Assembly (NCBI RefSeq): GCF_006345805.1
Contig: NC_043014.1
Span: 53,816,001-53,880,000, forward strand
Length of the DNA: 64,000 bases
DNA from: Octopus sinensis
Lineage: Eukaryota
Direction of reading: 5' to 3'
Positions within the stretch are counted from its first letter, which is position 1, and each line of letters begins with the position of its first letter. Below are positions 1-12,806 of this stretch, piece by piece. The position numbers and the translations under genes were made by a program. The notes under the pieces were generated by a model. It did no database searches, had not been told where the DNA came from, and was given only the letters and a program-made list of their open reading frames with translations.

Positions 1-1123
1 CAAGATTAGGAAAAAGAAAACAAAGCAAAGAATACAATGGTTAATTAGGGGAGAAAGTTGATAGAAAATAATAAACGCTGATTCCCGAAGTTAGAAGAAT
101 AAACCTGTGCCAACGAGAGGACCCCTACGTGTTCATTTGATGTGCTAGAAATAACAGTCAAATCCCTCTCGAATCACAGATCAAAAGAAAAGACGAATCG
201 TGTGAAGTCGTCCGAGATAGAATCGTGCAAAAACAAATGGGATGGTCACTTTTAGAATTGCTTTTAATCATGGGGCTGTCTGTCGGAGGTAGACCTGGGG
301 CTAAACAACAATCTTCCTCGAGTCCACCCAGCCACCCTTATATTTGAAAAGAAGGACACATTAAATACTGCATCGTCCCAGATAGGAAGATATTGTGGCG
401 AGTTGGCCACGGTTGGTCTGTCTACGAGAACTGACCGGAAGGAAGCGGACTGGAATAAACAGCAACAATCAGCCAACGAGGGAAACCACGCGGTCCTGCT
501 AGAAACATCAGTCAAAACCACATAGGAAACAGATAAGTGCTGTACATATATGATGGGACAACAAAGAGGGGATGGCCACGGCTGGGACACTACTGATAGC
601 TCTATCTCTGCAATACTCTGTCAATCTGATTCGATCTCATCTCCGGGTTTATATGAAGACTAGAACGGGGAACTCAACAACAAGACGAACCAACGAAGGA
701 GCGGACCTCCACCCGATCAATCGACCTGCTAGAAATAACAACCAAATTACCCTCAAATCACACCAGACTGACTTTGAAAATAAAAAAACGGACGGAAGGA
801 CAAATCGGATGAGGAAATTGTGGATTAGGATTGCACTATGTCTAACACATGAAGAAGGAAGAAAGAAAAAAAGAAGGGATGGTCACGAGTGGAACATTCG
901 ATCATAGGTCATGCCTGCTGCCCTGCTCCCGATGTCGGGGCTGACCGAAGCGGGGGCGGCAGGGGGGGGAGGGCGAAAAACAACAACAACATCAATAAAG
1001 GGAAAGAGAGAGAGAAAGAAAGAGAGAAAGAAAGAATGAGAGAGAGAGAGAGAGAGAGAGGGAGCGAGTGAGGGAATGAAATGTGGTTCTCTCCACTCTG
1101 TATATAAATATATATATGCGTTA

Positions 1124-1154
<31 letters not shown>

Positions 1155-1278
1155 CAGATATTATTATTATTATTATTCTGACGATGGTGTTATTGCTTGA
1201 TATGCGAGAGACAGACAGAGACAGAGACACAGGCAGCGACGCACACACGCACGGTAGGCAATTTAATTGGAGGCTCAC

Positions 1279-1385
1279 CTCACTAACAGACGCTGTCACT
1301 CTTCGTCAAAATGGCGGGCGGCGATCATCACTGCACCCGCCCCGATCACGTGGCTCAATGACGTCAGCGCAGGCGGTGCCAATAA
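1279..1385 (-). promoter_or_regulatory. CpG-rich promoter and probable first non-coding exon of a gene running leftward out of the window
   Basis: Dense motif cluster: YY1-type CAAAATGGCGG 1307-1317, GC box about 1336-1343, E-box CACGTG 1347-1352, full CRE TGACGTCA 1359-1366, CCAAT 1379-1383. A consensus donor GAG|GTGAGC lies on the minus strand at 1279/1278. Confidence 0.6.
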
Positions 1386-1603
1386 GCTTCGCCGTTCTCT
1401 CAGACTCACGTCTTGTGATTTTTTTACTTTTTATTGTTTCACCTTTTTTATTTCGTTTATGTTTTGTTTTATTCATTAAAATCTCTTTATTTATTTTATT
1501 TTTTTTTTGCAATATTTTTGTGGGACCCAGAAAGGCTGTTCTCGAGTCTTGAAATGTCTTGTCCCGTTTGTGATGGACATTATTATTATTATAATCATTA
1601 TTA

Positions 1604-1779
1604 GTACTTTATTTTATCGACCCCAGAGAACGCCAGGTAAAGTTGACCTTGGCAAAATTTGAACTAATGATAATAATAATAATAATTATTATTATTATTA
1701 TTATTATTATTGTTTTTAGTTCAAATTTTGCCAAGGTCAACTTTACCTGGCGTTCTCTGGGGTCGATAAAATAAAGTAC
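1604..1779. repeat. Perfect 64-bp inverted repeat derived from a SINE fragment
   Basis: 1604-1667 is the exact reverse complement of 1716-1779. The 48-nt spacer is (AAT)n(ATT)n. Confidence 0.95.
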
Positions 1780-2889
1780 CAGTCAGATATTGAGGTCGGT
1801 CGTTTTTGACTGACCCCCTTCCTCCATATTGCTGGCGTTGTGCCAAAATTAGAAAGTGTTAATTATTTATAAAATATTAATAAAACCCAACGATATCTTT
1901 ATTATTTTACTGGTTTTAGGTCCTTGGAATGCAGCCACGTTAGGACCCTAACTTTAAGCGTTTTAAATTACCGTACCGACACCAGAACATATTTCAGTCT
2001 GCATATAGAGAGCTTTACGTCTTCTTCCAATGTCAGCATGTGTTGGATGGGGCGTCACAATCCTTTTCGGCACTTATTCGAAGTTATTATCCTCTGGGAT
2101 GGTTTGAAGTGGGCTGCACATCTCGCTCGAACGCTAAGTTTGGCATGGTTTCTACAGCTAGATGCCCTTCCTGAACATCAACCACTTTACAGAGTGCGAA
2201 TTGGGTGCATTTTATCATGGCACTAGCACTAGAGATGCCATGCCCTCAATAAGACAAGACAAAGGATGAGAGAGGGAGACAGCAAAGGGTGAATTGTGAG
2301 AGATGCACAAAACTGTGTGAGGGGAGAGAAGGAGGAGTTGGTGTCAATAGAGAAATGGCCTGAAGGAGAGGAAGTGTTGGCTGGCAGTAGATGTAAGAGT
2401 ATTAACACACTCAGGGTGATCCCTCGTTACACAAGCAACGCAAAAGGTGAGAGAAATAGAGATGGAAATTGAGTATTGGCAGATGAAGTATTTTCTCTCT
2501 TATCATGAAATGCAAGATACAGGGTTTAATGAAGGGGTAGTAGATGGATGAGAGGATATTGATAGGTAAGAAAGGCGGCAAGCGATGTTGCAGATTTAAT
2601 AAAGAGTGAAAGGTCCAGGTGTAGATTTATATTCTAGCCTCCATTATTGCATCTTAAGGTACATTTCGCCAAGCTTGCACCGATGGTCTTGTCTTCTCCA
2701 CAGCTGCGTATTATCAATACATACCAACACGCACACTCACAATGTATATAATATAATATAATACAATAGATTGATTGCATCAAAAAGAAGATGCCTCTCG
2801 TTTCTTCACCTTTGGTGAACGTAGCTTTGACCGGGTAGGATTTATATTGAACAGTGTGGTGTCCAACGATCATCAGCTACTTCAATCCT

Positions 2890-4250
2890 GAACCGTAACA
2901 CTCTCCTGTAGGTGGGTCAGCAGAGGTGGTCAAATCACTGGACATCATCATCTCCTGATTTACGGCTTAACTTCTCTTTCTTGCTCCATAACCAACAAGA
3001 GGCTCTTTACGCTGCTTCAACCATTCTGCACTCAGCTACCTTCGCCGCTCTTTTTCTTATTCTACTGACTGTATGCATTCCCCACGCTGACAGGGCAAAG
3101 AATTTTCTACAGCCAACCTCATCTGAAAATAGCCAGGATCGCCATAGCCTCAACCTGCAATCCCGCAAAAGGTTCCGGTACTTGGCGTGCTTCTTCTATT
3201 CAAAGGTTTGGTCGCACCTCTATACCCACGGAACTGTTAGTTCAATCAGGATTATCTACCTTGCCTTTTCAGATCACAAACCCATGACCAGTCTCAGGCT
3301 TATTTGAACGACTTGGCTAAACTGAAGCCTTTCCTCAAGTCTGTTTCCGGATCCCACGATTGGTTTCCTTGCAGTAAACTGTTCTCTTCGCTGCACCCGC
3401 TGCCCTTTCTCCGTTTGCCACGAACTTGAATGGTGGTATTACTTTTTCTCTGCTGTTGGTGTTTCTTGTGTCTTACAGTTTCAGGATGCGAGCAAGTGTT
3501 GCAAGCACCTGCTTATGGCCCACTTGTACTTTCCATGGGTAAGCACCGTTTCGTATCCTGACAAGGTGTCAAAGTACCCCTTTCTTCACAAAGCCAACAC
3601 GTCTGGTCCTCTTTCACGTCCCATCAGCTTTGTTGGTGTATGAAGTATTTCATGCACTGCTTGCTGCAGGAAGAAGACCCGAAAAGGTTCCAGTCTCCAC
3701 AGGTCTGTTAATGTAACCTTTCTCTTGAGAACGTACCATTTAATCCAGACTTCCTAGGATGCTGGCTCCACAGCTCTTGAGCTTCTTCCTTCTTTCTGGT
3801 ACCATAGACGTCTGCTTGGATCGTGGCTCTTTTCTGCGGCCCTGTCTACGTCATTCCGGCGATGTCTCATGGCTTTCAGCTTGTGCAATGGCGATATTAG
3901 GTGCCCACCTGGGTCCTGATGTCTGCATATTTGACGTCCTCGTCATGGGAGTCCCTCTACATCATTACAGCTCGACACAGTCACATCATGAATTCCTCCA
4001 TCACTGATGACAAAAGTCGGATATCTTATTTACCTTATCTTATGTACTTCTGTTGAAGAAAAGCTTGGGTGCTACCCAACCGCATTTGCAGCTACGAGTT
4101 TATTTTCCTCGCCGCTAATTCCACTTATGTCACAGGAAACTCATACACTGTCAACAGTCTCGTGAGCAGTCCGTGTTAGTAGAGCCATGTTTTGAAGTTT
4201 TCTGGAAGCTTTGATCTTTCAGCCCTCCTCAGCCACTCTTCTGTCTGTTT
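2890..4250 (-). mobile_element. Degenerate Hero/R2-superfamily non-LTR retrotransposon, 3' part (restriction-like endonuclease region)
   Basis: Minus-strand translation with many stops includes IILIELTVPW, KHAKYRNL, EVGC, AA*RASCWLWSK and an upstream DLWRLEPFR..FLLQ / CWLCEERGT zinc-knuckle-like region. These motifs are typical of Hero-type RLE elements. Boundaries are approximate. Confidence 0.7.
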
Positions 4251-5067
4251 GTCAGTATAGACGACATTGCTTCTCTCAGTAAGTGAATTATCAAACTACT
4301 TTGCAAGGCATTTCATACGATTTTCCTCTATCAACGGAATGGCTTCTCCTTGTCGTGTGTCATTTTAACATGTTTCGTCTGTGCATTTGTACGAAACTTT
4401 TGACTTTTCAGTCGCTGATCTAGGCTACTCTTCTGCAATTTATTTATTTCAGTTCTGTTTCTCCAGTCTATAGAAACAATCCTGTATTATACCTGTTTTT
4501 CTTTTATTTATTTTAGTCATTTCACTGCGGACAAGCTGGGGCACCGCCTTCAACGGAAAAGAAAGATGGCCGCTGGTCACGTATGAGCAACGAGAGTCAA
4601 GGAGGAAGAGAGAGGGACAAATAGAGAACGGTGAAGGAGAGGAGAAGATTAGAGAGAGAAAAGGGAGATAAAAAAGAATATAGAAAGTGGAAGAGAGAGT
4701 GATAATGATAGAATAGTGTCGCATCAGAATTATTAAGATAAAACTTATTTGGAAATGGATGCGTGGTTCAGTCATATGATATTATAAATAATATATATAT
4801 GTGCATATATATATATACATACATACATATATACATGTGCATACTTACATATATATCTATATATACATGCCTATTTGGGTATTCGACGTTATATGATATA
4901 TATATACGGCGGGCTTCTTTCAGTTTCCGTCTTCCAAATTCATTCACAAGAGTTTGGTCGGCCCGTGACTTATAGTAGAAGAGTCTCACCCAAGGTGCCA
5001 TGCAGTGTAACTAAACCCAAGACCACATAGTCGAGGAATATCTTAACCACACAGCCAAACCTGTGCC

Positions 5068-5108
<41 letters not shown>

Positions 5109-7831
5109 TAATAATAATAATAATAGGAGGACTCCAGTATATCACTGGTACTTAATTTATCGTCCCCGAAAGAATGACTGGCAAACTCGACCTCGGCAGC
5201 ATTTGAACTCAGAACGCAAAGAGCCAGAAGACATGCTGCTAAGCATTTCGTCCGACAAGCTACTCCACTGATGAAGTGTAATAAAGCAAAACGTTTCCAG
5301 TTGTCCCCATATTTCACAACGACCAAATTCCCTCCCAACTAATATTTAACTTTAGTATTTCGGAGTTATCTCCCTTGCCATGCTTTAATTAAATCATTAA
5401 AAACACTAATTTTCTTCGTTTTGGGAACAATTTTCATAAATATCTTTGTTTTATTTTACTCACTGCATTTAAGTTGTTACTTAACTAATTGCTAATGTCA
5501 TTTATTTCGGCCCTAAGTCTATACCAGTGAAGTAAAAGAGCATAGAACCCGGATAGCGGAATTGTGTGCGAGTGTGTGAGCTCACGTTTATATATAATTA
5601 TATATAGAGATTATGCGTTTCTATTTATATACATATGCGTGTATATTTATGTAGATTTATAAACATGTGAGGATTATGTGTGCATGCGTGTACCTGTGTG
5701 TTAGTGAACGGCGCGCGTGTGTATTTCCAGTCTATTTCTACGTACAGATGAGTGTTAAATAATCCCACCTTCTTCCCCGAGCAGTGGATCAATGACAGAC
5801 ACGCCGCCTGTCAGTCAAGGGAAAAACGATCGATCAAAATCCGAACGACCAGCCGTGGGGAGGCCCCCTTTGCCTGTCATGCTGCGCTGAGTAATATGTA
5901 TGTGTGGAGCGCATCTGAGAGTGTGGACGTTCTTCTATGAGAAAGGGGGAGTAGTATGGGATGATAGGAGAAAGGAGTGGTGGCAGGAGGAGATGGCAGT
6001 GAAGAGGAGGCGGTGAAAAGAGAGAAAGAAAGAAAGAGATAAGACGGGAAGGTTGCGGTGGTCGCTTAATTGATTTGAATGGAGGAAGGTGGGGAGTCGA
6101 GAAATAGTAATGGTGCTTGTGTGTGTGTGAATTAACAACAGGGAAACAGACGAAGAAGTGTCGTTCTGGGTGGCAAAGTCGTGTATTAACTGCCGGAATC
6201 GAAAGAATTGCATAAACGAACCAACAAGGGAGTTCGGCCCGCGACGACGATCGGCAGAATTTCTCTTAATACACACTCAACAGTCTTCGGTAATGAAGGA
6301 TACATCGGACGATGTATTCCTTGATAGTCTTGTTAGCAAGTCTCCGATCATAGGTCTCCGCGGTCAGGAGTGACCATATTTTAAATAATTATAACCCCGA
6401 CACACGTCTGGATTGCAGATGAATGGAACCTTCGTAATATTGGTAAATGATTTCTCACATTAGCTCAAACCCTGAAGATTTGCAGAAGTAAATCTGAATC
6501 GATCGCCCCGAGTACGCGTAATATTAGTTTATTTCATTTGGACCCGGAGAGAAAAACTGCGAAATTGAAGTCAAAACTCATATTGTACGGCTTATTTGTT
6601 GTCCTTTATTACGAACTGGAGAGAATACACAATTGTAACATGAATGGCTTTACATTTTCTGATGGGGAAAAATAAAACACACACACACACACTAATACCT
6701 CAACAATCAAGTTATCCAAAATGTATACAATTAATTTTCTTAATTATAAAATATATAATTGTATAAGATATATAACTGTATGCAATACATAACAAGGATG
6801 GTAGTGTTGACGAAGAACTCTTTCATACATATTTTATTCCTTTGTTTCAATTCTTATTCTTTTGAGTATATATAAAGCAATATAAAGCGATCGCCGCCTC
6901 GATACTTTGAAATACAAAATGGAATTTTCATGGGAAGGGTTGTTTTTGTTTTTTTCTTTAGATTGCCTGTCCTTTCGGATACATTGTTGTTTAGCCCAAG
7001 TCAGCCTTGATCCAGTTGGCTTATAAAATCAAATTTTCAAACCAGGACAACCCTAGTTCTCTCTTTTTTCTTTTTGTAGACAATGTATTTATCATTCTTA
7101 TTGCCTTAGTAGTTCCATGGCCATTCCAGCGGCTATGACTACCTCGTCTTATTTTCAAGAGTCAAGTGCATCAGAATTATTCCTCCTTATGTCCTTTATT
7201 ATGATAGTGTGTGTTTGGGAGATTGGCTGCTATAGCTCGCATGGCAAACGACCATATAGGGGCTCCTCCCTTAAATATGTTATTATTGTTATTTAGCCCC
7301 GTGTTTGTCATGTAGAGAAGACCTAGGATTAAAGACGTTCCAATTGTAACCACCTTATTTTTTTTTTTACCAGGGACCAAACCTCCCAGTGTATTTTTAT
7401 TTAAACTGGCAGAACATGGTTTGAAGGAAATTTATGTTAAATCTAGCAGATTAAGAGATCGCATAGAGGCCCCCTCGGCTCTTTTTCATCGCTAACAGAT
7501 GATCATTTCTAGTGTGTACAAGAGAACGGTAAATGTTCAGTTTACGTTCGTAAAAGAAAGTGAATGGACCATAACTAAATACAGCACAACATGTTTGGCT
7601 CTTCACTCACCCTCGTCACCCGTCGTCAGCTTTATCCGTTATTCACAACTGATTTCTAGCTTCGTTTTGGAGAAAATGGTTATTCACTCGACTTATAAAA
7701 CTATCTATTTGTATCTCTCACACATAAATCTGTATTTCAGACTGGTTATCTAGTTATCGTTTCTTACTGATTCTTCTTTCCTTTCATAAAACAGACTTGC
7801 AGCTAACAGTACGCCTCAAAATAAGATCTAA

Positions 7832-8195
7832 AACAAGGGCACTCAGAGAGCACAAACCTCCACCAAGGCAACACCAACATCCTCTCAACGATTAGCCAGA
7901 GATTTTTTTTTTTATGAGAATATGTGAAATGAACGACTGCTCTCACAAACGGGAATACTAAAAATGAACCTGATCGCTCTCAAAAATTAAGTTTTAAAAT
8001 ATCAGAAAAATAATCCAGAATCCTTTTCTGGTACCGGATCAATTGGAAAATCTAATCAGTTCGTGCCAGTCATGAAGCTAAACATCTCTGAAAGTTTCAT
8101 CCGAATCCATCCAGCGGTTTTTGAGATATTTTGTCTAAGGGACAAACAAACGCAACTGAAAACAATACCTCTGCCTTCGCTAAGGCGGAGGTAAT
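7832..8195 (-). mobile_element. Helentron-associated non-autonomous (HINE/DINE-1-like) element
   Basis: 5' hairpin TACCTCCGCCTT-AGCG-AAGGCAGAGGTA, a (GTTT)n tract, and a 3' subTIR plus stem-loop CCTTGGTGGAGGTTTGTGCTCTCTGAGTGCCC. A second copy lies at 36627-36980. Confidence 0.65.
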
Positions 8196-8800
8196 AAAGA
8201 AGAATTGAGAAAAAATAAAAACAACTGAAAGTAAAACCAAAGTTATCAATATTATCCACAATATGTTTTGGTTTTACGAATGTAAACTGAACAATTACCA
8301 AAATAACTAGGCATGGTGTAGAAATAAAGAAATCCTGTGGACATGCACCACCACACAGTAGGGTTAAACTGTCTCCGTTTTAGCACCATCACCATATTTT
8401 TTCCATAGATACCTTTAGCAGAATCTATTCAGGTGCAACTATTTAGGCCAAGTCACCTGTTTGATTTCGGAATTAGTCCAATGTATATTTAATTTAATTA
8501 GAGGATATGTTGACCTCATGACAGGATGGTTGCATCCAAGGAAATATGGTTTAATACCTAGTATTGTTGGGGAATGAAATTCCCTTAAAACAACAAGTAT
8601 CATCATCATCGTTTAACGTCCGCTTTCCATGCTAGCATGGGTTGGATGGTTCAACCAGGGTCTGGGAAGCCCGAAGGCTGCACCAGGCCAGTCAGATCTG
8701 GTAGTGTTTCTACAGCTGGATGTCCTTCCTAACACCAACCAAGTATATATGTATGAATATAGTTTATATCCAGTTAAAAGAAGGAAAGAAAAATGAAGAA

Positions 8801-9167
8801 AAGGAAGTTAACAATTATTCATTATTAACAAATTGGTCATCTTCGCTTCTTTCAGCCTTTTCAATTAATACTCAATAATTTAATTACAAATTTGTACATC
8901 AAATTTGCATTTACGTGACATGAGGATAATTTCATCAGAGGAAAAAAAGGTGCACTTTGGGATGTCATATGCAGACCTATTAGTTCATTTCAGCAGACCA
9001 CAAATAACATCCCAAGGTACACCTTTTTTGTCTCTCTGATGAAATTATGCTCATGTCACATAAATATAAATTTAATGTACAAATCTGTTATTAAATTGAC
9101 TATTAACTGAAACGGTTGTAAGAAGCGAAGATGACTAATTTGTTAATGATAAATAATTAACTTCCTT
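8801..9167. mobile_element. Fold-back element / MITE with inverted arms of about 165 bp
   Basis: The left arm AAGGAAGTTAAC...GGTGCACTTTGGGATGT pairs with the right arm, with scattered mismatches and a short loop. Confidence 0.75.
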
Positions 9168-10513
9168 ATCATCATTTTCTTTTCTTTTTTTTAACAATAT
9201 ATATATATGTGTGTGTGTGTATAATTGTTGTCATCATTTCTGCATAGTGTTCTCCAGTGTCATCGGTTGGACAGTTTAACAAGAGGCTAGCAAGCCAGAG
9301 CTGTGCCAAGCTCTGTTGTTTGTTATGTCATGATTTCTATGGCTTGATGCCCTTCCTAACACCAACCACTTTATAGGGTGCACTGGGTATTTTTTTTTTG
9401 CTTTTCCATGACACCAGCACAGGTAGGGGTTACCAAGTAACTTGCAGGTCAAGACAGTCCCCTTAACTGGGGTAGGAGAGTGGCATTGAAGGAGGTAGTT
9501 GATGAGAAATTAAAAGAACAGTGGAGACAGAGAGATTGTTAAGTGGGGACCAATGTACTTAATAAGCCAAAATAATATTTTAATCAATTAGAATTAAACA
9601 AATAATGGAGAAAATTCATTAACTTTTTTTAAATATTCAAGAAGCACAAGGGAGATAACCAATACCAAATCATCTTTTTCTACCAAATATTTTTTGTATC
9701 AAGAATAAGAAAAAATTGAAATGAATACATTATATACGTGTGTGTGTTTAATTTTGAATGTTCATTAATAACCTACATCAATCAACAAATTTCTAAAAAC
9801 CGAAGTTATTATCCTGCCTCCCTTCAGATGTATCCAAGGGACTTATGCTGTTGTTTAGCCCTGAGAAAAAGTCCCATGCTTTTGAGCTGAGACAATACCA
9901 TCTTAATTTCAGACTCGCCCAGCATTTGAAGAGCTTACTCTCCAAACCAGCTCTATGCACCGGTGGGATGATGTAACTCAGTCCTGCTAGGGGCCTACAT
10001 CCTTTTGCACAATTAAAGCTGTGGCAACAATGGGCACATCTTGCATCTGCTGTTCAGAGAATACCTTTATTCCAGGATGGAATTTTTCATTGAATGTTTT
10101 AACTTTTTTTCAATTATGGCCAGCCATATGATGGAACATACAACTGTGATGCCTGGTCCTGAAGCTTTATGAAATGTGAAAAGCCCTGCATTGGGCCCTT
10201 CCCACTCTCTCAACAACAAATACATCTGCTCCAAAGAAGAGAGAGTCTGCATTTCTGGGTGCAAAACAAGGACACCAGTGTCGCATTAGAATTCTCGTTC
10301 ACCAAAGAAAGACATCTAAACATCTAATCAACCAGAATCCCTTCAAGCCAGTGCCATCCCCCAGCGTTAACCCAGTCCCGTGACTGAAAGAAAAATTAAA
10401 AACATAAAAATCAAATAATTTCAAAGCCTTGGTTGTTGTTGTTGTTGTTGTTTATTGCAAAATTTGTCAATTACAGAAACAAGTTGTGTTCAATGCAAAA
10501 AACTTTGTTGGTA

Positions 10514-12774
10514 CTATGCAGGATCATCGAGGTTTTTGTTGCTTAGGTAGAACTGGTGGAGGAACTCCTTTTGTACGTTAAAGATTCGAACATGAGCACG
10601 GCAAGAGACAATATGTTGCCAGGCTGTCAAATCGTCCCATCCATTGGCCTGAAACGAAACAAAGATACAGATTTTTAAATTTATGTTATGTTTGGCAGGA
10701 GTCACCAACTGAAGCTCATAAACAGACTCACTGCTTGTTTACATTCCTTTTTTCTTTTTCAAAACAGTCCATGCTTATTTATGTCCCCACCACCACCATG
10801 CACACACACACAAACATCCAGCGATGGAATAGTCACCACTGATGAGCTTTAATTTTCAGTGAAACTACACTCGTATGGTGACCTCACACACTGTGGGGTG
10901 GTTATCTCCCCTGTCAGTGCATAGACGTACTTTTTTTGTGGCTCTAAGGGTCTTTGACTTGTATTTCTAGCAATGTAAGTGCTACCCTGCACCCTCAATC
11001 ACAATTAGTGACACTTGAATTTTCCCTTTTTGGTTTTATATTGTATATAACCACCTTCGTATTTTATATGTACCGTAAACCCTCGAGTATAGTCCGCCCT
11101 TGAGTATAATATGCAGGGGGTTTTTAGGGGGCTGTACCTCTGCAAAACCTAAACCTTGTGTATAATACGCACCCCTTCTCTAACTTGAGTCGAGGAGGTC
11201 TATATAACATCCTTGGTTTGTAAAAATGTATACGCTAACGTCCTTTATTATTATTGTATATATAACATAATGCAAACGCGTAGCTTTTTTGTGCATTTTG
11301 CTTGCAGAAAATAAAGAAATAACAGTAATAACGTTTAATAAATGTTGCTTACTGCGAGTTATGGATGATCCTTTTATGACTTCATTGCTTTCAGGCTTAG
11401 CTTAAGGTATTTTCGCGCCCGACATCACAAAATGCGTCTGAATAAACATTGCCGGACAGCAAATAGAGACTCGGACATTGCTTAGAAAATATTTTTTTCA
11501 TTTTTAACCTCGTATATAGTACGCACTAAGGATTTTGACCTTTAAATTTTGGGGGAAAAACGCGGATTATACTCGAGGATTTATGGTATGTAAAAAAACA
11601 ATACCTGAATGCATATTCATGTTACCTTGCCATTTGGGGAAAACAGACATAATATAAATAGCTGCAAGCTAAATAAATAGTACAAAGAATGCTATCTGGT
11701 GCTCTACCAACTCTGCTATACACCATCTGTTCCCAAATTTATGATAATGTCAGTGGGATGTGATAGAACTGTTGTGTGTTGTGATATTTAAGACAAACAG
11801 ACAGAATATTCAATGAAGCCAACAAAAGATGAAAGGAAAAATGAATTTCGGAATTTGGTCCAATATTTTCTCAGACTTACCTTTATCAAATAACAAGCGA
11901 CAATTGTGGCACTTCGTGTCCGACCAGCTTTACAGTGGATGTAGACAGATTTACCCTTCTTCTTGTAACGATTAATACAATCCAGAGCTTCTGAGATTTG
12001 TTCATGGGAAGGAGTTCCCACAAAATCAACAATTTTCAGTCTAAGATACTCTACTCCCATTTGTCGCCATTCCTGCAAACAGTAATTTGGTGAGGACAGT
12101 AAGCTTAAATTGTAGTTGTAGTAGTAGTAGTAGTAGCAGCAGCAGCAGCCACTGACTACTATGAAAGTAGTGACTATTATTATTATTATTGAGTGAGAGA
12201 GCTGTGCATGCCATCAAAGTGACACTGGGGTAAAATATACGAAGCCCAGTATACCCATCATGACTACCCGTCTGATAAGGGTACTCCAGGCACATGCATC
12301 ACAACCATATGTGCGTGACATGGTGATCTCATATCAAGATAAAGAGCGCATGGCCTTGTAGGTGGGGGCCCAGTTAGAATTTTCTTCTGGTCGAGTAACC
12401 CATCCCACTCAAAAGGTCCCTGAATAAGGGTTGTTTAAGGATGTTGAACGAACCACCCTTGTTTCCAAAGGTGAATTATCCAAACCTCTAAGAATTCCTT
12501 CTCAACACATGGCTATGATGCTCCCCCACTACTTCTGCTCATGATCAGAGATGCACATATCGTTAGCCACTAAGGAACATGCTCAAATGGTTATGGTCAA
12601 ACAACTGATAAGCAAATCTGTGGTATTGAGCAGAATATTTGCTGTAGCCCATCTTTCATACCAAGACAAAACAATGTACATGATAACACTTCCAATCAGT
12701 TAAGATCAGAAGCCATGAGAGCCACTGTCTGGTACTGCATCGGGGCAGTTATTACTATTATTATTATGATTATG

Positions 12775-12806
<32 letters not shown>

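Noticed and set aside
5769-5936. Minus-strand segment bounded by a good acceptor and donor in a CpG-rich region
   Set aside because: All three frames contain stops and there is no homology. At most it is a non-coding exon, which cannot be supported without RNA data.
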